DNA of 64,000 nt from Parachlamydiales bacterium (GTDB lineage Bacteria > Chlamydiota > Chlamydiia > Chlamydiales > Parachlamydiaceae), in contig JAGVJP010000011.1 of assembly GCA_020051075.1 (NCBI GenBank), positions 1 through 64,000 of the forward strand. Reading direction: 5' to 3'. Below the pieces are notes generated by a model. The model made no database searches, had not been told where the DNA came from, and saw only the letters and a list, made by a program, of their open reading frames with translations. The position numbers and the translations under genes were made by a program. Below, piece after piece: positions 10,419 to 20,489 of the stretch; position 1 is the stretch's first letter; each line of letters opens with the position of its first letter.

Positions 10419-10486
10419 AATAAACCTCTTCCAGCAACTAAAGCTACTTTTACGTTACCAAGTGAATGTTATTCTTTTATTAACAA

Positions 10487-10789
10487 ATGGTATTTAATAT
10501 GACAATTCAAATAAAAATCTTTATCGGTTATTCTATCGACAAACCCATGCGGCTGCATCTCGAAAAAAGTACAGCTTGGAAAGAAGACAAAGTCACCAAC
10601 CAGCTCCTATTGACGGAGATCCGATTTCATGAGAAAGATTATATTGGGATTTATCTACCCAATTGCGCGGACACCCCTCTGATCGAAGAAAAAGAAAAAG
10701 AGATCAGAACTCTATTGCAACATTATTGCCCGAAACTTATCCTGGCTAAGCAAAACGCCTTTATATTTCCGCAAATCTTCCTCGGATGA
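10487..10789 (+). CDS. Hypothetical protein
   Basis: 100-aa ORF ending 4 nt before the HEAT-repeat gene. Confidence 0.65.
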   Translation: MVFNMTIQIKIFIGYSIDKPMRLHLEKSTAWKEDKVTNQLLLTEIRFHEKDYIGIYLPNCADTPLIEEKEKEIRTLLQHYCPKLILAKQNAFIFPQIFLG

Positions 10790-10793
10790 CACA

Positions 10794-12455
10794 ATGCTGA
10801 AACACATGATTTTCATCATCGCACTTATGATCCAATCACAGGGATTTGGGATTGCCCAGCCAGGCCTTCTCATGTTTCAAATTCAGCAGGGGGAGTCTGA
10901 ACGTGCTCTGAAGCTTTATCAAGAATCTTATACAGCAACTGGAGTCCATGACTTCGAACTGCTGCACCAGATTGGACTTGCATTGTTAGATTATGGATAC
11001 AGACAAAAAGATCCGGAGTCGCAATTATTTGCTCTCTTTGGCGCAAGTGTTTCCGCTCATGAAGATGCCTATTACATTTTGGAAGAATGTACAAAAAGCC
11101 GCTTTGAGCCAATCCAGTTAATCGCTCTGCAAGCATTGGCCAAGTTTCAGACAGAAAAAGCCGACCTCCTTCTCATGCATGCTTTAGGAAGCCCTTCCCT
11201 TGCCGTCCGATACGAAGCTGTTAAACTGCTATGCAAAAAAAAGCACTTGCAAGCCACAGCTCAGGCGGCCTCGCTGCTCTATAAATCAAAAAAAATGTTC
11301 TGGCCGATTTATCCACCTCTTTTTGCCATGATAGGCGATGAACAATCGACTCGCATCTTGAGGAAACTGCTGACCGATCCTTCTGATAAGGTCCATCTAT
11401 CCGCCATCCTCAGTATCGCCAAGTATGGACGGGATGACTTGATCCCGCAAATTCGACAACTCTCTTCCCAATCTAATTATGTTCAGCAAGAAGCTTGTGC
11501 TTTTACCCTCGGCCAACTGAAAGATGAAGATTCTATTCCCCTATTACAGCGAATTGCTCATTCTTCGCATGCAACCACTGCTCTTGCGGCTGACATCGCC
11601 CTTTACCAATTGGGAAATGCTCCCTCCATCAAAGAAATCGAGAAAAAAGCTGAGCAAGGAAACCTATTTGCCATTCGTGCGCTAGGCGAATTTCCGGAAC
11701 ACCACCAAGTGCTGCTTTCTCTGCTGACTCGCCCTGATCTGCAGGTGCGTTATAATGTCATCGTCTCCCTTCTCAGGCAACATCACCCCAAAGGATTAGA
11801 GCTGATCAGTGAATTGATTGTGAAAGATAGAAGAGACCTTGCCTTCACTGTGCAGACGTCGCCAGGCATGACGATGAAGGCGATCAAAGGAACCTCATCA
11901 TCGAGTCAGATTCTCAAGAAAGATATTGGAGCCTTTGTTGAAAACCTCGAATTTAAACAGATGCTGCTTGAAGAGATAAGTTTGCAATCAGAAGAAAGCC
12001 TCATCGCGATTGCAGACAGAATTTTTCAGCGCCAGCAGAATGAGCTCGTTCCCCTCACGACTCACCTGCTTGAAGAACTTGGAACAGACCGGGCGATCCG
12101 CTGTCTGAAGAATCATCAACAGCAGTTGGGAGCGCCTCTGATCAGAAACTACTGTAATTTAGCCTTGTATCACCTGAAGGAACCAGGGGTTTACGGAGAA
12201 CAACTCGCACAATGGGTGAAACAACAAAGCCAAACACAACTCATCCAGCTGAAGCCTGGCGACCCTTGGGATTTAGATAGAGAATATTACACATTGACAG
12301 AAGCAGAGACTTCCCATCTTCTCATTGAAGCTGTACAGGCCTTTGCCGATAATCAAGATAGTCTAGGCATTGATGCCCTGATCGAAGCCATTGCATCGGG
12401 AAATCCAAAAAATCGCTATGCTTTAGCAGGATTACTCCTCAGAGCAACGCTGTAG
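10794..12455 (+). CDS. HEAT-repeat protein with signal peptide
   Basis: Repeated helical HEAT-like motifs (VRYEAVKLL, VHLSAILSIAKY, VQQEACAFTLGQL). Confidence 0.85.
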   Translation: MLKHMIFIIALMIQSQGFGIAQPGLLMFQIQQGESERALKLYQESYTATGVHDFELLHQIGLALLDYGYRQKDPESQLFALFGASVSAHEDAYYILEECTKSRFEPIQLIALQALAKFQTEKADLLLMHALGSPSLAVRYEAVKLLCKKKHLQATAQAASLLYKSKKMFWPIYPPLFAMIGDEQSTRILRKLLTDPSDKVHLSAILSIAKYGRDDLIPQIRQLSSQSNYVQQEACAFTLGQLKDEDSIPLLQRIAHSSHATTALAADIALYQLGNAPSIKEIEKKAEQGNLFAIRALGEFPEHHQVLLSLLTRPDLQVRYNVIVSLLRQHHPKGLELISELIVKDRRDLAFTVQTSPGMTMKAIKGTSSSSQILKKDIGAFVENLEFKQMLLEEISLQSEESLIAIADRIFQRQQNELVPLTTHLLEELGTDRAIRCLKNHQQQLGAPLIRNYCNLALYHLKEPGVYGEQLAQWVKQQSQTQLIQLKPGDPWDLDREYYTLTEAETSHLLIEAVQAFADNQDSLGIDALIEAIASGNPKNRYALAGLLLRATL

Positions 12456-12456
12456 A
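12206..12456 (+). repeat. Direct repeat copy 1 (3' end of HEAT gene)
   Basis: 251 bp, about 15 mismatches by hand count versus 14084-14334. Confidence 0.95.
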
Positions 12457-12459
12457 GAT

Positions 12460-12500
12460 CTCCCCTTTTTTTAACGCAAAGAAGCAAAAGAGGCGCAAAG
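12460..12500 (+). repeat. Family D repeat arm (TTTTTTAACGCAAAGAAG..GGCGCAAAG)
   Basis: Identical core at 61332-61365; inverted copy at 21496-21537. Confidence 0.75.
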
Positions 12501-12574
12501 AGGGGATGAGGGAAACCAAATATGTTTCGTTTTTAAATGGAGCGACGTCAACAATTACCTAAATTTTATCCTTA

Positions 12575-13963
12575 TCACCTGATCCGTTGCCAAACGATGG
12601 CTCTCCCTTTACCCTTTGACATCAAATAACCCAAATTGCTTAAGAGAGCCAAATCATATCGCAAGGATCTTTCAGAAATGCAAACAAGGAGCTTTTCCAT
12701 AATTTGCCTAAAAGGGAGGCTCTCCCCAATTGCAAGTGTATTTAAAATAGCCGTTTGCCTTGGCAATAAATCCCCCGCTGAAGGAATTTCTTCTTGTCCT
12801 TCCGATTTTAAAACCGTTGTTGTATGTGGATAGAAAGTCACGCGTATCGTCGTGCCCAATTCTTGCCATTCTGGTTTTGGATGGCCTCCGGCATCACATG
12901 CCTCCACAATCCTTTTATATCCACTTCCCCACTCTTCCATTAAATCCAGTTCATTAAAAACACGAACAATCACTCGATTACGTACTCTGCTAACACCTGA
13001 TTTTAAATCCTCTAAAGTAAAACCAAACGGAAGCATACCGGGGTTTTGTACTTCTAAACGATTATTAAAAATGGCGATCTGAATGCGTGAGCCTGTAATA
13101 GAATAATCACAATGAGCTAAAGCGTTGATTAGTACTTCTCTAATAGCTATTGGCGGGTATTCTGAAATATTTTTCCGTCGCAGACCGCTGATTTCAGCAG
13201 ATAAGCGTGTATTGCGCATAATAAATTTTGGCACAGCATCTACTGCATCTAAAACCGATCCCTCTACTTCATGTCGATCAACTATTTCTGTCTTATCATC
13301 CCCTCTAAACCTCGCACAACTTACCCTGGCATCAGGAAAAAACTGTTGCCGCACATCTTGTTTGCCGAAAAGAATAAGTCCTCCAATAGATGGAACTATT
13401 TTATTGGCAGCCTTTACGAGGATACCAAGCGAAAGAAGTTTTTTTTCATCTAAGTTTCTCCCCACTTGCCGAAAGATTTTTTTGGCTCTATCCAACTCCA
13501 AATCCTGCGGTGATAACTCGCGCATTGACTGTTCATCAAAAGAAGAATGTAAAACCGTGCGTTGCATCTCGGCAAGCAATTCAGCCCCTGCAGGACGACT
13601 TGTAGACCCTAATCGAATATATACTCCGTTGGGAATCCCACTCTTTTTCAGATAAAAGGGGCCCCTCCAATGAGCCACTTTAACGACAAGAAGATGTTTA
13701 CCATCTAGGGTGGTTATTTCAATTTCGGGAAATACAGGAGGGTGGATGCTATCAGCTATCGCATTAGCCAATTTTTCCTCCGCTTTAAAAACATCTTCAA
13801 CCCCAATAAGTTCACCATTCGGGGCGCGGCCAACAATGAGCGTCCCACCAGCTGTGTTTGCAAAAGCTATAATGGTCTTAAGAATAGGTCCTAGAGAGGA
13901 AAGATCACTTTTAAATTCCAAAGTTTTTGACTCTGCTTGTTCTATGAACCTTTCAATTTCCAT
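12575..13963 (-). CDS. AlbA/Schlafen-like domain + HATPase_c_4 + C-terminal winged HTH (putative regulator/defence protein)
   Basis: ESKTLEFKS, AFANTAGG, REVLINALAHCDY, NPGMLP, RNRVI, EEWGSG, ISERSLRYDL. Confidence 0.88.
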   Translation of the reverse strand: MEIERFIEQAESKTLEFKSDLSSLGPILKTIIAFANTAGGTLIVGRAPNGELIGVEDVFKAEEKLANAIADSIHPPVFPEIEITTLDGKHLLVVKVAHWRGPFYLKKSGIPNGVYIRLGSTSRPAGAELLAEMQRTVLHSSFDEQSMRELSPQDLELDRAKKIFRQVGRNLDEKKLLSLGILVKAANKIVPSIGGLILFGKQDVRQQFFPDARVSCARFRGDDKTEIVDRHEVEGSVLDAVDAVPKFIMRNTRLSAEISGLRRKNISEYPPIAIREVLINALAHCDYSITGSRIQIAIFNNRLEVQNPGMLPFGFTLEDLKSGVSRVRNRVIVRVFNELDLMEEWGSGYKRIVEACDAGGHPKPEWQELGTTIRVTFYPHTTTVLKSEGQEEIPSAGDLLPRQTAILNTLAIGESLPFRQIMEKLLVCISERSLRYDLALLSNLGYLMSKGKGRAIVWQRIR

Positions 13964-13997
13964 TTCCTATCCCTGAATATCAGTTCCGTTTCAATAT

Positions 13998-14053
13998 AAT
14001 CCTGCAAAATCCTGCAAAATCCTGCAAGGTAAATCTCGTGATTTTGCAGGATT
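13998..14053. promoter_or_regulatory. Candidate operator: AATCCTGCAA x3 plus an inverted copy
   Basis: Three direct 10-mers at 13998-14027 and TTTTGCAGGATT at 14042-14053, just upstream of the HTH gene. Confidence 0.5.
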
Positions 14054-14083
14054 AGACAATAAAACCACAAAATCCTTCATCCG

Positions 14084-14334
14084 CGCACAATGGATGAAAC
14101 AACAAAGCCAAACACAACTCATCCAGTTTAAATCTGGCGACCCTTGGGATTTAGATAGAGAATATTATACATTGACAAAAGCAGAGGCCTCCCATCTTCT
14201 CATTGAAGCTGTTCAGGCCTTTGCCGACAATCAAGATAGTCTGGGCATTGATGCCCTGATCGAAGCCATTGCCTCGGGAAATCCGGAAAATCGCTATGCT
14301 TTAGCAGGATTACTCCTCAGAGCAACGCTGTAGA
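14084..14334 (+). pseudogene. Duplicated 3' fragment of the HEAT gene (direct repeat copy 2)
   Basis: Encodes nearly the same last about 80 aa ending YALAGLLLRATL*. Confidence 0.9.
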
Positions 14335-14568
14335 TTAAGGTTGGTTGTTTGGTCGCTGTGCAGTCTGAAAATGGTATCCACTCATGCGGATACAAAGAAC
14401 CATAATTATCCCAGCTAGCCACTCCAAAGATGATGATAAACCAGATCTCACTCGACCAAAGAGAGCGCATTGATAGGCCCGACTTGGCGTCGCGCTAATT
14501 CCAGAATCACCGTTAACTATTTGTGGTTGATTTTGAGTATTTCTTCCAACTTTATTAAAACAACACAT
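14335..14568 (-). CDS. Small hypothetical protein
   Basis: AAGGAG RBS before ATG at 14568; one hydrophobic segment. Confidence 0.5.
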   Translation of the reverse strand: MCCFNKVGRNTQNQPQIVNGDSGISATPSRAYQCALFGRVRSGLSSSLEWLAGIIMVLCIRMSGYHFQTAQRPNNQP

Positions 14569-14696
14569 AATAACTCCTTGATTAATAATTAGAAAGTTTA
14601 ACAAAATTATTAATTAATAGTCAAGTTAATAAGACGTTGAACAAAACAATAATAAATTAATTAAATTACCATAAACATAATTACATAATTCTAAAT

Positions 14697-14876
14697 AGAC
14701 TTTATGGACTTTATGGACTTTATGGACTTTATGGACTTTATGGACTATATGGACGGATATGGACTTTATGGACGCATATGGACAAATATGGACGGATACA
14801 GACATGTTTTCTAGTTAATCAATCTGATTTTCGTCTATTTTTGTCCATAAAGTCCATATCCGTCCATATAGTCCAT
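14697..14876. repeat. Family C element: ATGGAC-nnn tandem array with inverted arm
   Basis: About ten 9-10 bp units at 14704-14797; 14843-14876 is the exact reverse complement of 14740-14773. Confidence 0.9.
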
Positions 14877-14960
14877 TTTGACTTTTGTATTATCCACTGC
14901 CCCTCTCGTGATTAGTTTCTTTTTTGCCTTTTCCCAAAATTAGGGAATCCCCTAAGATGT

Positions 14961-17147
14961 TTGCATTATTCCGCAAAACATAGATTCATGCACAACATCC
15001 GCTCATCCACTCTCCTCTTCCTCGTTTTTTTTTCTGTGCTCTTGACCACGATTTTCCCTTCGACTCTATTTTCAGATGAACCCGAGGAGGAAAAATCTGA
15101 TGAAGGGATCATTCTAAATTTGCGAAACCCTACCTACTCAGATGGTGTTCTCGTCACAGATGAGGGAGGCGTCATCACCGGACCAAAGATACGCATCCAA
15201 GCCACACACATCCGCTATAGAAAAAAACAAGAGGGAACAGAGCAGATCATACAACTAGAGGCTGCTGGCTCTTTGATTGTCGAATTTGGAGACTATCTCT
15301 TTGTCGGTGACAAACTCATCTACGACTTCACTAAAGACGAAGGATCCATCTTCAATGGCCGCACTTGTCTTCTCCCATGGATTTTCGGAGGAGAACAGCT
15401 AGATTTACTGGCAGATGGGAGTTATGTCATTTTCAATGGATATGCCACAACTTCTGAAAACGAGATCCCTGACTGGGGAGTGTATTCTTCCCACCTCATC
15501 ATCGATCAAGACCGGCACCTCCAAGCCAGTCAAGTGCGGGTGAAATTCCTCTCCTACCCAATTTTATGGATTCCATCCCTGCGAGCCAACCTCAACTCAA
15601 TCTTTGACACCCCTATCCGCTATCGCTTTCGATGGGGGGGAAGTCAAGGTCCTCGATTCGGCATCCAATATGAACTATTTTCTTGGGAACACTGGAAGAC
15701 CTTTGCACGGTTTGACTATCGGTTGACTAGAGGTCCAGGAGGGGGGCTTGAGACCCGTTATCGCTCACAAGACCATAATACCGAGTTCCATAGCATCAAC
15801 TACCTCGCTAGAGATTCAGCAATTATCCATCCGCATGCTAAAGCCCGCTATCGTTTCGAAGGTTTTTTTCGTAAATCGATGGACCACGACAAAACAAAAA
15901 TTTTATCCTCTTATGATAAAATCAGCGATAAAGACATGCCAGGCGGTTATTACGATGATGATTTTGATTATGCCTTGTCAGAACGTACGCAACTGCTGAT
16001 ACGGAGAGAAGAAAAAGACTGGATTGGAAATTTCTATACCAGGCTACGCCTAAATAGCTTTCAGACAGTTAAACAAGAGCTCCCTAGCCTGACGGTAAAC
16101 TTCAAGCCATTCAGCTTGGGTGAGACTGGCATGATTTTAGAAAACCGGACATATGCCTCCTACCTCGATTTCGAATACTCAAAAAATCTTATCCATTTTA
16201 AAAATTACGCCTCTACTCGGATGGAATATAACCCTACCCTCTACCGTCCCTTCACTATAGGCAGGTTTGCGACGATAACCCCAGAAGTTGAGGGAATCGG
16301 CATTGTCTATGGAAATAGCCCCGAACAAGATACGCAGTGGCTAGCGATGGGAAAGGCAGCTGTGACGTTGACGACACAACTCTATAAGTATTATACCGAA
16401 TATAAACATGTGATCGAGCCCTACATCGCTTATCGCTATTACAGCTCCCCAACTTCTTCGCCACATCAGCATTATATTTTTGATATCGAAGATGGATTAA
16501 CCCGCCTTGATTATCTCGCTATGGGAGTTAAAAATTCTGTTTACGCTAAAACGAGCGATTCTTCCGTATCGAGGATCCTCTCAACGCATCTGTACACTTA
16601 TGCTTTTTTCGATCAGGATAAAATGCAGCAATCGATCCCGCGCATTTATGGTGATGTCGTACTCTTTACTCTTCCAACAGTTCGACAAACCCTTGAAGCA
16701 GCGTGGGATCTCGAACACCACTCCCTCTACCATCTAAACTTCAGAGCGGAATGGACGGTCTCCAGAGATTTAGCTCTTACAGCAGAATACCGACACCGCA
16801 ATGCTTATGACTGGCGTAAAGTAGATAAAGACAACTTTTTCCTCGATGTCTTCCACAGCGAGCGGCGGCTTTTCCATTCAGCCCTCTCAGATCAACGAGA
16901 CACCATCCTGCTCCTCTGCTTTTATCGTTTCCACCCAAACTGGGCCGTAGAAATCTCTGCGCGGCAAGGATGGAACCGGAGGCATGAACCAAAATACCTC
17001 GAGTATGAAATTGACTTGCTAACGACCTTGCAGACTGCATGGAACATCCGCCTATCCCTCGAACACAGAGAAGTCGTCACCCGTTTCGCTATCTATGTCA
17101 ATGTCGGATTGAGACGCCCCGATTATGTCCCGGCAGTCTCTGAGTAA
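14961..17147 (+). CDS. lptD: LptD-like LPS assembly outer-membrane protein
   Basis: Signal peptide, OstA-like N-terminus (GDKLIYDF), aromatic-rich beta-barrel pattern; start uncertain (14961 or 14988). Confidence 0.65.
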   Translation: MHYSAKHRFMHNIRSSTLLFLVFFSVLLTTIFPSTLFSDEPEEEKSDEGIILNLRNPTYSDGVLVTDEGGVITGPKIRIQATHIRYRKKQEGTEQIIQLEAAGSLIVEFGDYLFVGDKLIYDFTKDEGSIFNGRTCLLPWIFGGEQLDLLADGSYVIFNGYATTSENEIPDWGVYSSHLIIDQDRHLQASQVRVKFLSYPILWIPSLRANLNSIFDTPIRYRFRWGGSQGPRFGIQYELFSWEHWKTFARFDYRLTRGPGGGLETRYRSQDHNTEFHSINYLARDSAIIHPHAKARYRFEGFFRKSMDHDKTKILSSYDKISDKDMPGGYYDDDFDYALSERTQLLIRREEKDWIGNFYTRLRLNSFQTVKQELPSLTVNFKPFSLGETGMILENRTYASYLDFEYSKNLIHFKNYASTRMEYNPTLYRPFTIGRFATITPEVEGIGIVYGNSPEQDTQWLAMGKAAVTLTTQLYKYYTEYKHVIEPYIAYRYYSSPTSSPHQHYIFDIEDGLTRLDYLAMGVKNSVYAKTSDSSVSRILSTHLYTYAFFDQDKMQQSIPRIYGDVVLFTLPTVRQTLEAAWDLEHHSLYHLNFRAEWTVSRDLALTAEYRHRNAYDWRKVDKDNFFLDVFHSERRLFHSALSDQRDTILLLCFYRFHPNWAVEISARQGWNRRHEPKYLEYEIDLLTTLQTAWNIRLSLEHREVVTRFAIYVNVGLRRPDYVPAVSE

Positions 17148-17622
17148 CCCATGCCCTTCGTGCCACATTTATCTGTCCCTTGGTGGGGGACTATATCAGT
17201 TTTCAATGAATGAAGTTTTGAATCGAGGGTGCGTAATTTCGTATATTCATGAATTAGATAGATTTTTCAAGTATTACGAGAGTATAATTACTTTTCAACC
17301 TGTTGACTGTATTTACTTCACTCATCAATTCATCGACGCTTCTAAGGTTCATGCTGAAAATCTAGCAACTCTTAATCTATGTCCTTGGGGGTTTCAAGAA
17401 AAGGGAGATTATCAATGGCTAGCTCTTGAGGAGCTTTATCGATTTTTGCAATTAAAAGAAAGTAATAGGGGGTGTTTTAGGAATATTAACGGACAAATTG
17501 TTGACATTGAACTCAGAGGTCATCTCGTTGATGCTTTAAGCTCTGATAAAGGTCTTGAAGTACTTTCGGCAATTTTAAATGAGGCTTCCGCTTTAACCCT
17601 AGAAGAAGAAACGTGTTTATAA
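17125..17622 (+). CDS. Hypothetical protein, AT-rich
   Basis: 165-aa ORF; start uncertain. Confidence 0.4.
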   Translation: MSRQSLSNPCPSCHIYLSLGGGLYQFSMNEVLNRGCVISYIHELDRFFKYYESIITFQPVDCIYFTHQFIDASKVHAENLATLNLCPWGFQEKGDYQWLALEELYRFLQLKESNRGCFRNINGQIVDIELRGHLVDALSSDKGLEVLSAILNEASALTLEEETCL

Positions 17623-17957
17623 TCTTCTCCGATTATCAATAAAATAGCATTCGGATAAGATAAATAAGGGTCTTCGTCTCCCCTTGGAATAACGATGATA
17701 CCATATTTAACCTGACTATGAAGTCGAAAAAACCCTTTTCGATTCCTAAACAAACAATTATACTCATCAATATATTATTGTCCATGTCCTCGTATCTTTA
17801 TTCCTTTAGATCTCTAAATACTCTCCGGGAAAGCCGAAGAAACAAAAATTACAAAGCGAATCGTGCCAAAATAGCCAGACAATAAATGTTATTGCTATGA
17901 TTAACCCAAGTTTGTAAAATCGATGTTTTTTCAGATTAAATACTCTGAATGTTGACC

Positions 17958-18006
17958 TCGGGTAAGGGACACGATAAGGCAATTCGGGCACGGGCACGGA
18001 CACGAG
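17958..18006 (+). repeat. Single arm of family F (GGGCAC units)
   Basis: TAAGGGAC..TCGGGCACGGGCACGGACACGA resembles 21421-21464. Confidence 0.6.
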
Positions 18007-18036
18007 GAGGGCAAATGAACATCACAGGAGATATCC

Positions 18037-19425
18037 ATGAAGATATTAATCATCGGTGCTGGCTATGTAGGCTTAGTCAGCAGCACAGGGTTTGCAGAAA
18101 TGGGACACGTTGTCACGTGCCTGGATAAAAATGAAACCCTCATCGCTAATCTCCGCCAAGGGGGCATTCCCATCTATGAACCAGGATTGGAAGAGATGGT
18201 CAAGCGAAATGTGAGAGCTGGCCGTTTATCCTTCACGACAGACTATGCCGCCAGCGTCCCCGATGCTGATGCCTGCTTCATCGCCGTCGATACCCCGATG
18301 TCTGCCGACGGCAAAGCAGACACGTCCCAGGTCGAAGCAGTCGCTCGCTCGATTGGGCACTCCCTCAGCCGCTATGCAGTCATCGTCACAAAATCAACAG
18401 TCCCCGTCGGGACGACAGAGATCGTCGAAGGGATCATCGAAGAAATTCTACGGCAGCGGCAAGTCTCCTTTGACTTCAACGTCGTATCCAATCCAGAATT
18501 TCTTAAAGAAGGAAATGCCATCCAAGACTTCATGAAACCAGACCGAGTGATCATCGGCGTCGATGACCCACGCGCTGCTGCCCTCATGAAAGAGATCTAC
18601 TCCCCCTTTATGCTCAACCACGACCGCCTTTTAGTGATGGACATCCCTTCTGCTGAGCTCTCGAAATACGCTGCCAATGCCATGTTGGCAACACGAATCT
18701 CCTTCATGAACGAGATGGCCTCGCTATGTGAGAAAATGGGGGCCGATATCAACTGGGTGCGCAAAGGCATCGGATCCGATGACCGCATCGGGAATAAATT
18801 CCTTTATCCAGGGGTTGGCTTTGGGGGATCATGCCTCCCGAAAGATATCCTCGCACTCCTCCGCCAAGCCGAAGAACAAGATTGCTCCCTCTCTGTCGTG
18901 GAAGCGACACAGAAGGCCAACCACCGCCAAAAGGGTGTCATGACATCAAAACTTCAGGCCTACTTCGCAGACTTTGGCGGACTCCATGGACGCACCATCG
19001 CCGTGTTAGGACTATCCTTTAAACCTGATACCGATGACATGAGAGAAGCTCCTGCCCTTGTGCTCATCCAAGATCTGTTGCGGCAAGAGGTTAAATTGCG
19101 CCTTTTTGACCCTGTCGCCATAACCAAAGCACAAGCAATCCTCGGCTCTCCCACAACCATCCATTGGTGCAGCAGCGAGTTAGAAGCCGCTGAAGATGCT
19201 GATGCCATCGTCTTAATGACAGAGTGGAAGCAGTTTCGATTATTAAATTTCCAAGCTCTTTTTCAAGTGATGAAGGGCCGCGCTTTTTTTGATGGACGCA
19301 ACCAGTACAAACCAGAAGAGATGGCTCAACGGGGGTTTGACTATATCTGCATTGGAAGGCAAGCCGCCTATTCTGCTACGACATATGAAGAAATACCACT
19401 ATCAAGTAGTATAAAACCACACTAA
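18037..19425 (+). CDS. ugd: UDP-glucose 6-dehydrogenase
   Basis: GAGYVG, PIYEPGLEE, SNPEFLKEG, GFGGSCLPKD, FKPDTDDMRE. Confidence 0.95.
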   Translation: MKILIIGAGYVGLVSSTGFAEMGHVVTCLDKNETLIANLRQGGIPIYEPGLEEMVKRNVRAGRLSFTTDYAASVPDADACFIAVDTPMSADGKADTSQVEAVARSIGHSLSRYAVIVTKSTVPVGTTEIVEGIIEEILRQRQVSFDFNVVSNPEFLKEGNAIQDFMKPDRVIIGVDDPRAAALMKEIYSPFMLNHDRLLVMDIPSAELSKYAANAMLATRISFMNEMASLCEKMGADINWVRKGIGSDDRIGNKFLYPGVGFGGSCLPKDILALLRQAEEQDCSLSVVEATQKANHRQKGVMTSKLQAYFADFGGLHGRTIAVLGLSFKPDTDDMREAPALVLIQDLLRQEVKLRLFDPVAITKAQAILGSPTTIHWCSSELEAAEDADAIVLMTEWKQFRLLNFQALFQVMKGRAFFDGRNQYKPEEMAQRGFDYICIGRQAAYSATTYEEIPLSSSIKPH

Positions 19426-19453
19426 CCTCTAAAGCTTACCGGATGATTGTAAG

Positions 19454-20338
19454 ATGAGCTATATTCAGGAATACTTCCAACATCAAGGAAAACTGATCGA
19501 GGAACAGCTTAACCGCCTCGTCCCTCAAAGGCGCAGCCCACACGAAAACCTCTTTGAAGCAGCTCGTTATGCCCTCCTTGGTGGAGGTAAACGGCTAAGG
19601 CCTATCTTCACATTGACGACAACACGCATTCTCGGAGGGGACATATCAAATGCTCTCTCCCCTGCCTGCGCCCTTGAAATGATCCACACCTATTCGCTGA
19701 TCCATGATGACCTCCCCTGTATGGACGATGATGACTACCGCCGAGGGCAGCTCACGGTTCATAGAAAATATAGCGAAGGCCATGCCGTCTTGACAGGAGA
19801 CTATCTTTTAACTTATGCCTTTGAAGTGATCGCTGCAGATCCAAATTTGGACAACGAAAAGAAAGTCCAACTGATCACGATCCTTGCCCGACAAAGCGGC
19901 AGCGAAGGGATGATCGGAGGGCAGGTGATGGATCTCGCCTCACAGGGGAACAAGATCCCACTTGAAACATTGAAACTCCTCCACCGAAAAAAATCTGGGG
20001 CTCTCATCTCAGCCGCCATTGAATTCGGAGCGATTATCGGCAATGCCACACCACACCAGTTCCATTGTTTGCAGCGATTCGGAGAAAATATCGGTTTGGC
20101 ATTTCAAATTGTCGATGACATCCTTGATATCACCGCGAGTGAAGCCAAACACGGCAAGGCAATCTCGTCGGATTTTCTCAATGACAAAACCACCTATGTG
20201 ACGCTCCTCGGGCTAGATCAAGCTCAAGCGGCAGCTAAAAATTTCTATGATCAAGCCATCACCGCCTTAAAACCCCTCCCCCATGACACTTCGCTCCTCA
20301 CTGAAATCGCCAACTTCATCATCCACCGCAGCCACTAG
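19454..20338 (+). CDS. ispA: Farnesyl/geranylgeranyl diphosphate synthase
   Basis: GGKRLRP, LIHDDLPCMDDDDYRRG, GQVMDL, FQIVDDILD. Confidence 0.93.
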   Translation: MSYIQEYFQHQGKLIEEQLNRLVPQRRSPHENLFEAARYALLGGGKRLRPIFTLTTTRILGGDISNALSPACALEMIHTYSLIHDDLPCMDDDDYRRGQLTVHRKYSEGHAVLTGDYLLTYAFEVIAADPNLDNEKKVQLITILARQSGSEGMIGGQVMDLASQGNKIPLETLKLLHRKKSGALISAAIEFGAIIGNATPHQFHCLQRFGENIGLAFQIVDDILDITASEAKHGKAISSDFLNDKTTYVTLLGLDQAQAAAKNFYDQAITALKPLPHDTSLLTEIANFIIHRSH

Positions 20339-20489
20339 ATCCTAGAATGTTTCAAATTTTCTGTTGACAACTCTTTTGGCCTTTCGTTATTAAGATAACA
20401 GCACTCAGTTAATCATACACCGGGGGGGCTTCCACAAGTTAAACAGGAATCTCTCCCTCTTAGTTTCATCCTCATAAAGATCGTAAGGA

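Noticed and set aside
14094..14333. Independent 79-aa gene
   Set aside because: It is the duplicated 3' end of the HEAT gene; its ATG corresponds to an internal GTG
14697..14803. CRISPR array
   Set aside because: Units are 9-10 bp tandem with no unique spacers, and no cas genes are present
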